Virus record (IMG/VR): IMGVR_UViG_3300038825_001331
Coordinates: 1 to 56,835 of that record
Length of the DNA stretch: 56,835 bases
Direction: 5' to 3' (one strand)
Origin: a virus
Taxonomy: Duplodnaviria > Caudoviricetes
In this document: piece after piece, positions 6,462 to 16,373 of the stretch
How positions within the stretch are numbered: the stretch's first letter is position 1
Layout of the letters: each line of letters starts with the position of its first letter
Notes under the pieces: model-generated
The model's database searches: none
What the model was told of the DNA's origin: nothing
Seen by the model: the letters and a program-made list of their open reading frames with translations, nothing else
Program-made: the position numbers and the translations under genes

Positions 6462-9185
6462 ATGACCCCTACAATATATGTATTCGATCACCACAAGGTG
6501 GCTGGCTGGGATGGTAGCCCATCTGCATCCGTGGAGATGGCACGCAAGGCGACCATCACCGAGTACGCAACATCCCTGACCGACAAGGACTACTTCAGTG
6601 TGTCCTACAGAGTGACAGGAGAGGAAGCTCTCCCCCGGATTAAGGTCAACGCACTTCACATAATCGAGGCAGCCGGAGCCCAGGTCATGTTAGACTGGGC
6701 CATCCTTGAGTACGACCGCCCAGACCACAGCCCATGGGAAAGCCATGCAGATGCCCAGGACTTCATCGAGGAGTTCATCGACTTCGATACTCCCTTGTTT
6801 GAGAACGCGGGGGTGTTCTCTACTCGTGCAGGTTTCCGGCTGGTGTGGAAACTTGAAACCCCAATACCTGTGCGGCAAGCCAAGGCATTTTTAAGTGGGC
6901 TAATCGAAGCAGTGGACGAGGAGACAGGACTGCAGCTTGACCCCACTGGTTCCGAATGGAGCAGGCTCCAACGCACCCCACTCGCTGCGCGAGATGACGG
7001 TAAACCACAACCAGACGGCGAACCCTTCGTTGACCTGGGTGTTATCGAAGACGGAGAAACCCTGGACCCATACTCCATCGAGTGGTGCAACGACGTTCAG
7101 ACCGTGAACAGAAGCGGCGCCGCCTCTCCACCCGACGAACTACCCGACGTACCGTCAAGCGTCTGGTCACAGGTTGCGCCCTGGCTTCGTCGCAAGCTAC
7201 AACGCGGCGAGCCCCTTGACCCAGACGCTAACGGCTCAGTGTACAATCAGTACCGTAGAGCCATACATGCAGTCGCCCACGCTGGAACAGTCACGGACCC
7301 GGATGTACTGTACGCCATGTTCTATCGCAGCATGGTGGCAAATGGTCGCGACCCCTCCGAGTTTGGCAAACTAATACAAGGCAGTTGTGACTCTGCTGCC
7401 GATGCAGTAGGGGCGGCAGCAGCACCCTCCCAAAACACCAACGTGTCCGACGTTGAGTTCATGGCTAACCCTCCGACCGCAACGGATGAACAGTGGGAGC
7501 AACTGCTCCGCAAGGCACCGACGCAGAAGCTACGCACACTTATCAACAAGTTGCGGCAAGGGCTTCGACCCTGTGCAGGCAATGAGAAGATAGCCAAGGC
7601 AGCGCTGCTCGATGCACTAATCTCACTCAAGAGGAACAACGAATCCCTAACTGTGAGAGACCTATTCATGTTCGCAGAAGCCTCAGCCAAACAGTGCGGT
7701 CATCGCTCTGCCGATGAGGTGTGGGACGAGTGCCGCATAGCCATGGTCCGAGCAACTGCCACCCTCTCTGACGAGCAGCGGGTGAGAGAGTTCGTACATG
7801 ACTGGCCTCTCATCCTTGCGGTGCGAGATAAACCTGGCATCATGTTTCAGTTGGACACCAGGGAGGAACCCTTCACATATGTCCCATCCTCAGAAAAGAC
7901 CCTGCTTCTGCAATACAAGGAAGCCACCTCTGTCAACCTGCCGTTTGAGCCTGAGCTTGTTCAGATGAACCAACGATTCAACGTAGCCCTTGAGCAGTAC
8001 GGCGGCACCTTTGCAGAGGTTGTGTACTCCGCAGAGGCAGACTCGGCAAGGTACGACAGGGACCAGGGTAAGCTGTGGAGCCCCGTCCATGGTGTACTGG
8101 AGCCTGCCCAGCCACGGTACCACGAGGATGTGGACGGCTGGCTACGAGCCATGGGAGGCAAGGACCAAGAGCTACTGCTCGACTGGCTCTCCGCTGTACC
8201 CGACAGGAGCCGAGCTTCCGCTGCCCTGTTCATTGAGGGGCCAGCAGGCATCGGCAAGTCGGTGCTCAAGCAAGGCATCGCCACCCTGTTCGGCGGGTAC
8301 ATGGACTATGCCGCAGTCAACAAGGACTTCAACGAGGGGCTACGAAAGAGTCCCCTACTTGTAGCCGACGAGGGTATCAAGGTTGACAGGTTCGACAACG
8401 GCGCCACCGAGCGCTTCCGAAACCTGGTATCCGAGAAGACGCATACCCTCAACCAGAAGTACATGGACTCCTCGACCCTGGTGTCCAGCCTCCGCGTACT
8501 GGTGTTGGCAAACGGCAAGCGAGGCATCGACTTCCGTGGACAGATAACTTCCCAGGACATCGAAGCCATCACCCAGCGCATCGCCCACATGATTGGCGAC
8601 CGAGCAGGAGCGGAGTACATCAACAACATCAAGAAGGATGAGCCCGACTTCATCCAGCAACGGTGGATACACCAGGGGCATGCCCGCACCGAGGGGCCTG
8701 GAGCTATTGGTGAACACATCCTGTGGCTGTATGCAACGCGGTACCCCAATATCAAGCGGGGCTCTCGTTTTGTTGTTGACGGGAAGCGCACGGCGTGGCA
8801 TGATTGGTTCTCTTCTACACGGGGAAGCAACCACACCATGGTTCAGCTATTGCGTTCAATGCTTATCGAGTCTGCTGGTCGTCCGATGAACGACTGGTGT
8901 AGGATGGACAAGCAAAACAACAGAGTGCTCTTCCGCACCAGTAAGGTGAAGCAGTACATCGCTGCAGGCAATGCGTTCAACGCTTCACGAGCGAGGAGCA
9001 TGGATGTTGCAGCAGCCCTTCAATCCCTGTCAGGCAACGTAAAGTTGCGGGTAGAAGGAAGCCCCTTCTGGGCAATCAGCCTCATGGCACTGGTCGATGA
9101 TGACGAGCTAACCTGGGCAGACCTTAGTATGGAACCGCCTGAAGAGTACACCAGGTTGCACGAGAGTGGAGACGATGATGAGTAA
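6462..9185 (+). CDS. Primase-helicase (AEP-like N-terminus plus SF3/D5-like NTPase)
   Basis: Walker A FIEGPAGIGKS, Walker B LLVADE, motif C VLAN; N-terminal FSTRAGFRLVW. Confidence 0.8.
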   Translation: MTPTIYVFDHHKVAGWDGSPSASVEMARKATITEYATSLTDKDYFSVSYRVTGEEALPRIKVNALHIIEAAGAQVMLDWAILEYDRPDHSPWESHADAQDFIEEFIDFDTPLFENAGVFSTRAGFRLVWKLETPIPVRQAKAFLSGLIEAVDEETGLQLDPTGSEWSRLQRTPLAARDDGKPQPDGEPFVDLGVIEDGETLDPYSIEWCNDVQTVNRSGAASPPDELPDVPSSVWSQVAPWLRRKLQRGEPLDPDANGSVYNQYRRAIHAVAHAGTVTDPDVLYAMFYRSMVANGRDPSEFGKLIQGSCDSAADAVGAAAAPSQNTNVSDVEFMANPPTATDEQWEQLLRKAPTQKLRTLINKLRQGLRPCAGNEKIAKAALLDALISLKRNNESLTVRDLFMFAEASAKQCGHRSADEVWDECRIAMVRATATLSDEQRVREFVHDWPLILAVRDKPGIMFQLDTREEPFTYVPSSEKTLLLQYKEATSVNLPFEPELVQMNQRFNVALEQYGGTFAEVVYSAEADSARYDRDQGKLWSPVHGVLEPAQPRYHEDVDGWLRAMGGKDQELLLDWLSAVPDRSRASAALFIEGPAGIGKSVLKQGIATLFGGYMDYAAVNKDFNEGLRKSPLLVADEGIKVDRFDNGATERFRNLVSEKTHTLNQKYMDSSTLVSSLRVLVLANGKRGIDFRGQITSQDIEAITQRIAHMIGDRAGAEYINNIKKDEPDFIQQRWIHQGHARTEGPGAIGEHILWLYATRYPNIKRGSRFVVDGKRTAWHDWFSSTRGSNHTMVQLLRSMLIESAGRPMNDWCRMDKQNNRVLFRTSKVKQYIAAGNAFNASRARSMDVAAALQSLSGNVKLRVEGSPFWAISLMALVDDDELTWADLSMEPPEEYTRLHESGDDDE

Positions 9186-11160
9186 AGTGAAGAACAAGAA
9201 GGGCGGGTCGCTGAACCTGTCTGCCTCTGCTGTTTCGGCATGGGAAGATTGCCCACGTAAGTGGGGATTCAGCTACATCGAGAAGATAGAGACACCCAAG
9301 TCAGAGTCACTCACCATCGGCATAGAGGTGCATGACATGGCCGAGGAGTATCTACTTAGTGGAATCAAACCAGCCGATGCCGAGACTAACAGGTGGTGGC
9401 GTATACTGGAACCCGGCCTGGAGTTCCTGCCCTCCCCTGTTGTGGAAGGAAAGGGCATGGTCGGCTGGCAGGTAGAGACGTGGCTCACTGACCAGATGTG
9501 CGGCCCCCTTAACGTCAAAGGCAAGGTTGACTTCTGGCGGATAGAGGATGACGGTCTATTTGTTTGCGACTGGAAGACCACTAAGGACTCCACCTGGAGA
9601 TGGTCGAAGACACCTGACCAGCTTGCAGATTTGACCCAGCCCCTGTTGTATGCCTACTGCCTTGCAGCAGAGCACGGCAGACCACCCCGCCTCGACTTCC
9701 AGCACATTAACTTGTGCGTAAAGGGTGAGCCCTCCGCCATGGAAGTGTGGGCCCGCGATGTGTCCTGGGATGCAGTGGATGAGCGGTGGGGCAAGTTGGT
9801 AGAGACTGCAGAAGACATGGCAAGCTATGCAAACATGGAAAATATTTCCGCTTTAGACTTGCCACCCAACATCAAATCGTGTAAGAAGTATGGAGGATGT
9901 CCCCACGCACAGTATTGCCCCGCATCTCATATAAATAGAAACAAACCCCTAACCCCAGCACAACAACAAAAGCTGGTTCAACAAAGTAACTACAACCCCG
10001 ACAACCGGAGTACCCCTATGGCAGATTTAGCCGCACTTAGAGCATCCCTTGGTCTTAACCGTAAGAACAATAACTACAACAAGCCCATCAATAAACCAGA
10101 AACCAACCCACCCTCTCCAGCAGAAGCAGCAGCAGAGGTGGCCCAAGCACTCCGCCCCGCAATCGAGCTTGGCATTCCCGAGGCACAGCTATTGAAAGCC
10201 TGCGAAGCCAAGGGTGTACCCGCCCCGGTCATCGTAGCAGGGCTAAAGCTGGTCAAGGTTACCACCGCTATTGGTCCTGTGTACATGACACAGAGCGCAG
10301 CAGCCGACCTTATTGACGGCGACTACGAGACACCCGACACCGGGTACGCCGACTACGAGAGCACAAACGATGCTATGGACGAGCTGTCCGAGGCACTTCA
10401 GGACGAATTGATCGGAGTTGACCCAGAGCTTGCCAGCCTGGGCAAAGATGCCCCAGGTGCGGAGGCAGTGGTGGACATGATGCTCTGCCACAACGAGACA
10501 AGGGAGGAGGTACTCAAGCACGCAGCCAAGGATGCCTTGGGTATCCGCAGGCTTGGAAGCAAGCGGTGGTCCCGCATCTTTGACAAGGCCAAGGAGTTCC
10601 TCGCGAACAACTATGCCTTGAGCGATACCCTCGATAAGGAAGTGGCCACTAAGCGAGCCGAGCTTCCACCTGCATCCGAGGTTATGGCAGAGGAGGCCAA
10701 GCGATCAGAGGTTCTGGAAGGGCCCCGCCTACCAGTGGCACCCGCTGTTGAGGATGATAACTACATCCCAGCCAACCAGCTTAAGCCCCAAGCCAAGCAG
10801 GTGGCAGAAACACCAACCCCTGAAGAAACCCTTGAAAGCATTGGAATGAAAGCGGTCAAGCGTATCGAGGTATTCATTGACTGCACACCGTCAGGAGAGG
10901 AAGCCCACTCTCTGACTCAAGTGCTGGCTCCACACATGGACCAGGTAGAGCGGGACCAAGGTGTGGCACACTACAGCAACGTAGCCTACAACGAGGGCAC
11001 CAAGCTGGTAGTCGGACTGTTCAAGCTACAGTTGCAGGAGCAGGGACCAGAGGGACTTCCCACTACAATCGTGGTGGATAGCCGGCACCCTCTTGCAAGC
11101 AGCGTCATAGAGGTTCTTGAGCGAGCATCGTTTACCCGAATCATTCGCGGCAACCGATAG
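9178..11160 (+). CDS. Cas4/RecB-like PD-(D/E)xK exonuclease with long C-terminal extension
   Basis: LSAS...CPRKW, GIEVH, KGKVD, DWKT, Q..LYA and C..YGGC....YC (Fe-S cysteines). Confidence 0.8.
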   Translation: MSKVKNKKGGSLNLSASAVSAWEDCPRKWGFSYIEKIETPKSESLTIGIEVHDMAEEYLLSGIKPADAETNRWWRILEPGLEFLPSPVVEGKGMVGWQVETWLTDQMCGPLNVKGKVDFWRIEDDGLFVCDWKTTKDSTWRWSKTPDQLADLTQPLLYAYCLAAEHGRPPRLDFQHINLCVKGEPSAMEVWARDVSWDAVDERWGKLVETAEDMASYANMENISALDLPPNIKSCKKYGGCPHAQYCPASHINRNKPLTPAQQQKLVQQSNYNPDNRSTPMADLAALRASLGLNRKNNNYNKPINKPETNPPSPAEAAAEVAQALRPAIELGIPEAQLLKACEAKGVPAPVIVAGLKLVKVTTAIGPVYMTQSAAADLIDGDYETPDTGYADYESTNDAMDELSEALQDELIGVDPELASLGKDAPGAEAVVDMMLCHNETREEVLKHAAKDALGIRRLGSKRWSRIFDKAKEFLANNYALSDTLDKEVATKRAELPPASEVMAEEAKRSEVLEGPRLPVAPAVEDDNYIPANQLKPQAKQVAETPTPEETLESIGMKAVKRIEVFIDCTPSGEEAHSLTQVLAPHMDQVERDQGVAHYSNVAYNEGTKLVVGLFKLQLQEQGPEGLPTTIVVDSRHPLASSVIEVLERASFTRIIRGNR

Positions 11161-11169
11161 GAGGTAGAC

Positions 11170-12942
11170 ATGGACATCCTTGCCCAAGCCTTGCGCCGAG
11201 CGGTAGCTGGACGGAAGGCTTCTGGCCTGGAGGTCGAGCATGAAAGAATAAACCAACTCGATAAGTGGCTACCCTCCGAGGAAGAGCAGCAGCTACTGGC
11301 AGACAAGTGGACGGAGCTTCTCCGCAGACACAAAGGCGCTCCACCCCTGCGACCAGTACAAGGCTACATCTTGGAGGCGTGCCACCGGGCCGCTCAACTT
11401 GACGACCCTATCGGGTTCCTTGGTAATGTTGGGGTTGGTAAAGGAAAGACCCTTGCCTTCCTCAACATGCCAAGGGTGTTCGGTGCTAAGAAGGCAGTCA
11501 TACTGATACCCCCAGAAATGAGGACACAATATGACCTGGACTACTACGAATGGGCAAAGCACTACGACCTCGACGGTGTGACCGTAGTTAAATATAGCCA
11601 ACTAAGTAGACCTAATGGCACCGACCTGCTCCGACGCCTGGCCCCCGACCTTATCCTTGCAGACGAATGCCAAGCACTCCGGCACGCATCTGCGGCGAGA
11701 ACCAAGCGCTTCATCAGGTACATGAAAGAGAACCCAAGCTGCAGGTTTGCTGCCATGTCTGGTACCCTAAGCACTAACCGCCTGGAGGACTACGCACACC
11801 TTAGCGAGATAGCGCTGAGACAGTACAGTCCTCTACCGCTTGAGGATAATACACTGAAGCAATGGTCAGCGGTTCTCTCCGCAGAAGGTGAGCCCGACAA
11901 CGCAGCATGGCAGGCAATGTCTCACGTAGTCAGAAACAACGGTCGCCCCCGATGGACTGCACCAACTGTAAAGGATGCCGGTCCTCGACAAAGAAAGGAG
12001 GCAAGGGAGGCGTTTGCGTATAGGTTTGCATCTGCCCCCGGAGTAGTTGCAACGGTTAGCAGTAGCACCGACATCCCGCTGCGCCTTACCGCAGTTCGCC
12101 CTCCTCTTAACGACCTGTGCAACAAGGCTCTTGCCGACCTTCACGCCAAGTATGAACTACCTGATGGCTCTCCTGTAGTAGATGGGCTGCACTTTCATAG
12201 AGCGTGTGCTCAACTCAGCCTTGGATTCTACTATGTATGGGACTGGCCAGGAGAACCAGACCACGACTGGATGGATGCCCGCAGCGACTGGCACTCAGCC
12301 GTCCGATGGTACCTCAAGAGCTACTCTCGCGAAGGTGTTGACTCGCCGTTCTTAGTAGAGAACTATGTTCGCTCTTGCTGGTCTCAGGGTAAACAAGTCT
12401 CCGAGCGACTTGATGAAGGTCTTAGGGGATGGGATGTTGAGCGACACAAAGACCCACCTCCAGTCAAAGCAATATGGCTGGACTTCAACCCGGTGGTATG
12501 GGCAGTCAAGTGGGCTAAGGAAAGGGAGAGAGCCTTCCTATGGTTCCAATCACGAGCGGTAGGGGAGGCACTGCAGAACTGGGGCATCCCTGTGTTCTGG
12601 GAAGGCACCCCGGACCCAGGTACTACTCCTGTCTGCGCACTGTCTATGGCGGTGTACCACAAGGGTAGGAACTTCCAAGCCTGGAACGACCAGTTAATAT
12701 TGGAACCAACATCAAACGCAGCCATGTGGGAGCAGCTACTTGGTCGATGTCATAGGGCTGGGCAGAAGCAGGACCATGTAAACGCAGAGGTTTACTACCA
12801 CACCTGGCCCCTGCACCTCGCTATGGGCAAGGCGTTTGGAAGAAGCAAGTACATACAACAAACCAGTAACCAGCCGCAGAAGTTGCTGTTGGCAGATAAG
12901 AGAGGATTCAGAACTATTTTAGAAAACCCGTACGAAGTGTGA
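11170..12942 (+). CDS. Superfamily II (SNF2/DEAD-like) helicase
   Basis: GVGKGKT, ILADECQ, SGT and QLLGRCHRAGQ motifs. Confidence 0.85.
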   Translation: MDILAQALRRAVAGRKASGLEVEHERINQLDKWLPSEEEQQLLADKWTELLRRHKGAPPLRPVQGYILEACHRAAQLDDPIGFLGNVGVGKGKTLAFLNMPRVFGAKKAVILIPPEMRTQYDLDYYEWAKHYDLDGVTVVKYSQLSRPNGTDLLRRLAPDLILADECQALRHASAARTKRFIRYMKENPSCRFAAMSGTLSTNRLEDYAHLSEIALRQYSPLPLEDNTLKQWSAVLSAEGEPDNAAWQAMSHVVRNNGRPRWTAPTVKDAGPRQRKEAREAFAYRFASAPGVVATVSSSTDIPLRLTAVRPPLNDLCNKALADLHAKYELPDGSPVVDGLHFHRACAQLSLGFYYVWDWPGEPDHDWMDARSDWHSAVRWYLKSYSREGVDSPFLVENYVRSCWSQGKQVSERLDEGLRGWDVERHKDPPPVKAIWLDFNPVVWAVKWAKERERAFLWFQSRAVGEALQNWGIPVFWEGTPDPGTTPVCALSMAVYHKGRNFQAWNDQLILEPTSNAAMWEQLLGRCHRAGQKQDHVNAEVYYHTWPLHLAMGKAFGRSKYIQQTSNQPQKLLLADKRGFRTILENPYEV

Positions 12943-12950
12943 TAAATAAG

Positions 12951-12979
12951 TTGACAGGTACCACACGGTGTGGTATCTT
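12951..12979 (+). promoter_or_regulatory. Sigma70-type promoter with palindromic spacer
   Basis: TTGACA-17-TATCTT with extended TG; contains the palindrome TACCACAC-G-GTGTGGTA. Confidence 0.75.
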
Positions 12980-13035
12980 CTATCCACCTGCTACCAAAGC
13001 AGGCCCTACAAACAAACAAATAGAGAGTGAGAGAT

Positions 13036-13533
13036 ATGAGTATCTTCAGTGGTCTTAACAATGCAACAAGTTCAGGAACCGGGTCACAACGTGGAGAGTT
13101 TTTCCACGATGGTAGCTACCGAGTGTCGCTTCTCGCGACGATTGCCAAGGAGGCTTTCCGAAAGGACGGTCAGCCTGGTCTAATCATTGAAACACAGATC
13201 GAGGAGGTTCTACGAGAAACTCCTGATAGCAACACCGCTGGTCAGAAGGCGGTAGCAATGTACAAGTTGGCCCGTACTCCAAGCGGGGAGCTTACACAGA
13301 CTGGTCAGATTAACCTCGACCGCGTAAAGGGCTTCTTTGCACAGGCCCTTGGAGGTGTAGAGGATTCGTTAGTAACGGAGGAGATAGTAGGAAAGCTGAC
13401 AGAGGGAACCGGCGATGCCCTCAAGGGAGTACAGCTACAGGTTGACGTGAAGACTAAGGTATCCGAGAAATCGGGTAACCCCTTCACGCACGTATACTGG
13501 AGGTTCGTACCTGAGTGGAACCCCGAAGGCTAA
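13036..13533 (+). CDS. Putative single-stranded DNA-binding protein
   Basis: Position between helicase and polymerase; beta-rich with aromatic C-terminus; own promoter. Confidence 0.55.
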   Translation: MSIFSGLNNATSSGTGSQRGEFFHDGSYRVSLLATIAKEAFRKDGQPGLIIETQIEEVLRETPDSNTAGQKAVAMYKLARTPSGELTQTGQINLDRVKGFFAQALGGVEDSLVTEEIVGKLTEGTGDALKGVQLQVDVKTKVSEKSGNPFTHVYWRFVPEWNPEG

Positions 13534-13546
13534 GCCAAAGAGCCAA

Positions 13547-13569
13547 GCCCCCCGGCTTTATAGGGGGGC
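13547..13569 (+). terminator. GC hairpin after the SSB-like gene
   Basis: GCCCCCC-GGCTTTATA-GGGGGGC with a weak U-tract. Confidence 0.4.
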
Positions 13570-13602
13570 ACCTTTCCCCTACCCCTTACCATGGAGGCAA
13601 GC

Positions 13603-15732
13603 ATGGCAAAAGTTATTGGATGGGACGTTGAAACCCACCTTATTGAAGATGGAAACATTACCCCGCGACTGGTCTGCCTCTCCATGGCAGGCGGAGAAGA
13701 CACCCTTGCGGAAGCAAAAGAGTGGTGGCGCATACACGCGGAGGACACATTTTATTCTGGTCAACGCGATACCATTATAAACATATCTGCCGCTACTAAG
13801 CAGTGGGAGATTGTTACAGGTAGAGACAAGGCCAACGACCTTCTGTGCTTTGGCATTGAGCAATCTGACATCCTCGTGGCGCACAACGGTGCGTATGATT
13901 GGGGGGTCATGATGAACGAGGAGCCTGGGTGGATGGATATACTTTTCCACCTTGTAGAGAAAGGCAAAGTGACGGACACCCGCGTGCGTCAGATGCTCCT
14001 TGCCATCGCCACAGATGAGTTCCAGTATGACAAGGCCTTGAAGATGCCCCCCGGAGGATTCAGCCTTGCTTTCTCGGTGCTAAAGTATTTTAGGAAGGAC
14101 ATCAGCGGTGACAAGAAAGACCCGAACTCTTGGCGACTACGTTACGCCGAGCTTGATGGCCTGCCTGTACAGTGCTGGCCCGACAAGGCAATAAGCTATG
14201 CAGCCGAAGACGCGACCTGGGCACGGATGGTTTACATAGAACAGTCAAAGCCCCTGAGCCAGAAGGGATACCCGGTGGTAGGCGATGACGGCGTAGTAGT
14301 TAATGAAACAGAGCAGGTAGCTGCCGCCCTGGCGATGCAGTTGATGGCAATCCACGGAGTTTACACTGACAAGCAGGCGGTTGATGCGTTCTCATATGAC
14401 GTAGAAAAGACCGCAAATCAGAACTACGAGGTGGCAAAGGCACTTGGCTTCTTGCGTATAAACAGATGCAAGTTCTGCGGTGGAACTGGGTGGACGGGTG
14501 AGATTGGAGACCTACGGGTATGTACAGCCTGCTACGGAAACGACGACGAAACGTGCCAAGCAAACGGCACATACACTTTTAGGGGCACCAAGAAGTTTAA
14601 GGTAAGCAAAGACAGTGCAAGGCTTAAAGGCTTGGTAAGCAGGGCCTATGGCGGCTCCCCTCCTATGTCTGCGGCTTCTTCAAGGTTCCCCTCTGGACAA
14701 GTCAAGACAGACTCCGACACCCTTAAAGGCAGTGGAGACAAGGGACTGATTCAGTATGAGGAGACACTCAGTGCCCAGAAACTGCTGAACACCTACGTGC
14801 CTACTTTGAAGATGGGTATCGACAAGCCAATAACAAGTAGTCCTAACGTACTGGTTCGCTCTGGGCGCACCTCTTGGAGAAACCCCAACTTCCAAAATCC
14901 TCCCAGAGCAGATGGCTTCCGAGACTGCTTCATCCCCAGGGAGGGTAAGGTGTTCGCCTCCATCGACTACTCGTCGCTTGAGCTGGCTACACTCGCCCAG
15001 GTATGCCTCCACCTATTTGGATACAGCCAACTTGCCGACCTAATCAACGGGGGGACCGACCCCCACCTTTGGTTCGCAGCAAAGTTGGCAGGTATCAGCT
15101 ACGAAGAGGCGGTGTCGCTACGCAGTAAGGGTGACCCAATGATTAAGGAGCGACGGCAGAACGCAAAGATCGCTAACTTTGGACTACCCGGCGGCCTGGG
15201 TGTCAATACCCTGGTTGTGTATGCAAAGGGCTTTGGAGTTAACTTGTCGTTCAATGAAGCTGATGACCTTATCAAGTCGTGGAAGGCATCGTTCCCTGAG
15301 ATGTCGGAATACTTTAAGATGATGAGCAACGCAGACCGGTCAACCGGTGGTAGCTTTACACTGCAGCAGCTTGGATCAAACCGGGTTCGCGGAGGCTGCT
15401 TCTACACCAGTGGGTGTAATACGTTGTTCCAGGGCCTCGCCGCTGACGGAGCCAAGGCGGCCATGTGGGAACTGACCAAACAGATGTACATCGGTAAGAG
15501 CAGCCCGCTGTATGGCGTTAGGTGCTGGGCATTCATCCACGACGAGTTCCTGTTTGAGGGCCCTAAAGAAACTGCACATATTTGGGCGCCCCACGCAAGC
15601 AAGGTAATGGTCGAGGCGATGAAGCGTTTCACCCCTGATGTGAAGATAGAGGCAGAGCCAGCGTTGATGACGCGCTGGTTTAAGTCTGCCGAGCCCCGAT
15701 ACGAGAATGAAAAGCTGGTGCCCTGGAAATGA
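13603..15732 (+). CDS. polA: Family A DNA polymerase with 3'-5' exonuclease domain
   Basis: ExoI WDVET, ExoII HNGAYD, ExoIII YAAED; motif A DYSSLE, motif B RQNAKIANFG, motif C IHDE; GGAGG SD. Confidence 0.93.
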   Translation: MAKVIGWDVETHLIEDGNITPRLVCLSMAGGEDTLAEAKEWWRIHAEDTFYSGQRDTIINISAATKQWEIVTGRDKANDLLCFGIEQSDILVAHNGAYDWGVMMNEEPGWMDILFHLVEKGKVTDTRVRQMLLAIATDEFQYDKALKMPPGGFSLAFSVLKYFRKDISGDKKDPNSWRLRYAELDGLPVQCWPDKAISYAAEDATWARMVYIEQSKPLSQKGYPVVGDDGVVVNETEQVAAALAMQLMAIHGVYTDKQAVDAFSYDVEKTANQNYEVAKALGFLRINRCKFCGGTGWTGEIGDLRVCTACYGNDDETCQANGTYTFRGTKKFKVSKDSARLKGLVSRAYGGSPPMSAASSRFPSGQVKTDSDTLKGSGDKGLIQYEETLSAQKLLNTYVPTLKMGIDKPITSSPNVLVRSGRTSWRNPNFQNPPRADGFRDCFIPREGKVFASIDYSSLELATLAQVCLHLFGYSQLADLINGGTDPHLWFAAKLAGISYEEAVSLRSKGDPMIKERRQNAKIANFGLPGGLGVNTLVVYAKGFGVNLSFNEADDLIKSWKASFPEMSEYFKMMSNADRSTGGSFTLQQLGSNRVRGGCFYTSGCNTLFQGLAADGAKAAMWELTKQMYIGKSSPLYGVRCWAFIHDEFLFEGPKETAHIWAPHASKVMVEAMKRFTPDVKIEAEPALMTRWFKSAEPRYENEKLVPWK

Positions 15733-16259
15733 TTTACCGCAGAGCCGGCCCCAAGTATCGCTGCCCAGATAGCGACCACCACCTTATAGCAATAGACCTC
15801 GGTAAGCGTAAGGTGGGGGTAGCGTGGGGCAGCGTCATCGAAGGGGTGGCAGGGCTCCACGGCGCCGCAACTGTGATCTGCAATAGTGGACCCGAAGATA
15901 TGGCAAAGAAGGTTGTAGACTTATTGTTGGCCAAAACACAGTCTCCCCGATACTGGGTGTGTGAGTGGCCAAAGAAGTACGACCGATGGCTGGCTAGACA
16001 TAAAAATATTGAAGAACTGCACCAGGTAGGGTATGCTTTAGGAAGGTATCACCCTTGGGACGAGATGTATTTACCTGGAGAATGGAAAGGAAATGTACCA
16101 AAAACTCCCCACCATAACCGGATTGGGGCAGCTTTGTACCAGAAAGAACGGAGTAGAATGCCGCCCCTAAAAGAACATGACGCATGGGATGCGGCTGGCA
16201 TATGGTTATATGCCGCAGGACGAACGAGAAGAGGCGGAATAATAACACGTCGCTATTGA
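15729..16259 (+). CDS. RuvC-like Holliday junction resolvase
   Basis: LIAIDLG...VCE...WK...HDAWDA acidic RNase H-fold pattern; follows the polymerase. Confidence 0.75.
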   Translation: MIYRRAGPKYRCPDSDHHLIAIDLGKRKVGVAWGSVIEGVAGLHGAATVICNSGPEDMAKKVVDLLLAKTQSPRYWVCEWPKKYDRWLARHKNIEELHQVGYALGRYHPWDEMYLPGEWKGNVPKTPHHNRIGAALYQKERSRMPPLKEHDAWDAAGIWLYAAGRTRRGGIITRRY

Positions 16260-16284
16260 CAACAAAAAAGAAATAGGGTATAGT
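16256..16284 (+). promoter_or_regulatory. Sigma70-type promoter
   Basis: TTGACA-17-TATAGT; the -35 overlaps the resolvase TGA stop. Confidence 0.75.
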
Positions 16285-16373
16285 CTCACCTTGTGGCGCT
16301 CCCCCATCTCTGCGGAGTAGGGGCCAACGAGGTGGGGTTGAGCGCCCGTTTCCCTACAGACCAAAGGATAGCT

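Noticed and set aside
9178-9960. CRISPR-Cas or adaptation module
   Set aside because: The Cas4-like nuclease is solo within a replication operon; no cas1, cas2 or array was seen.
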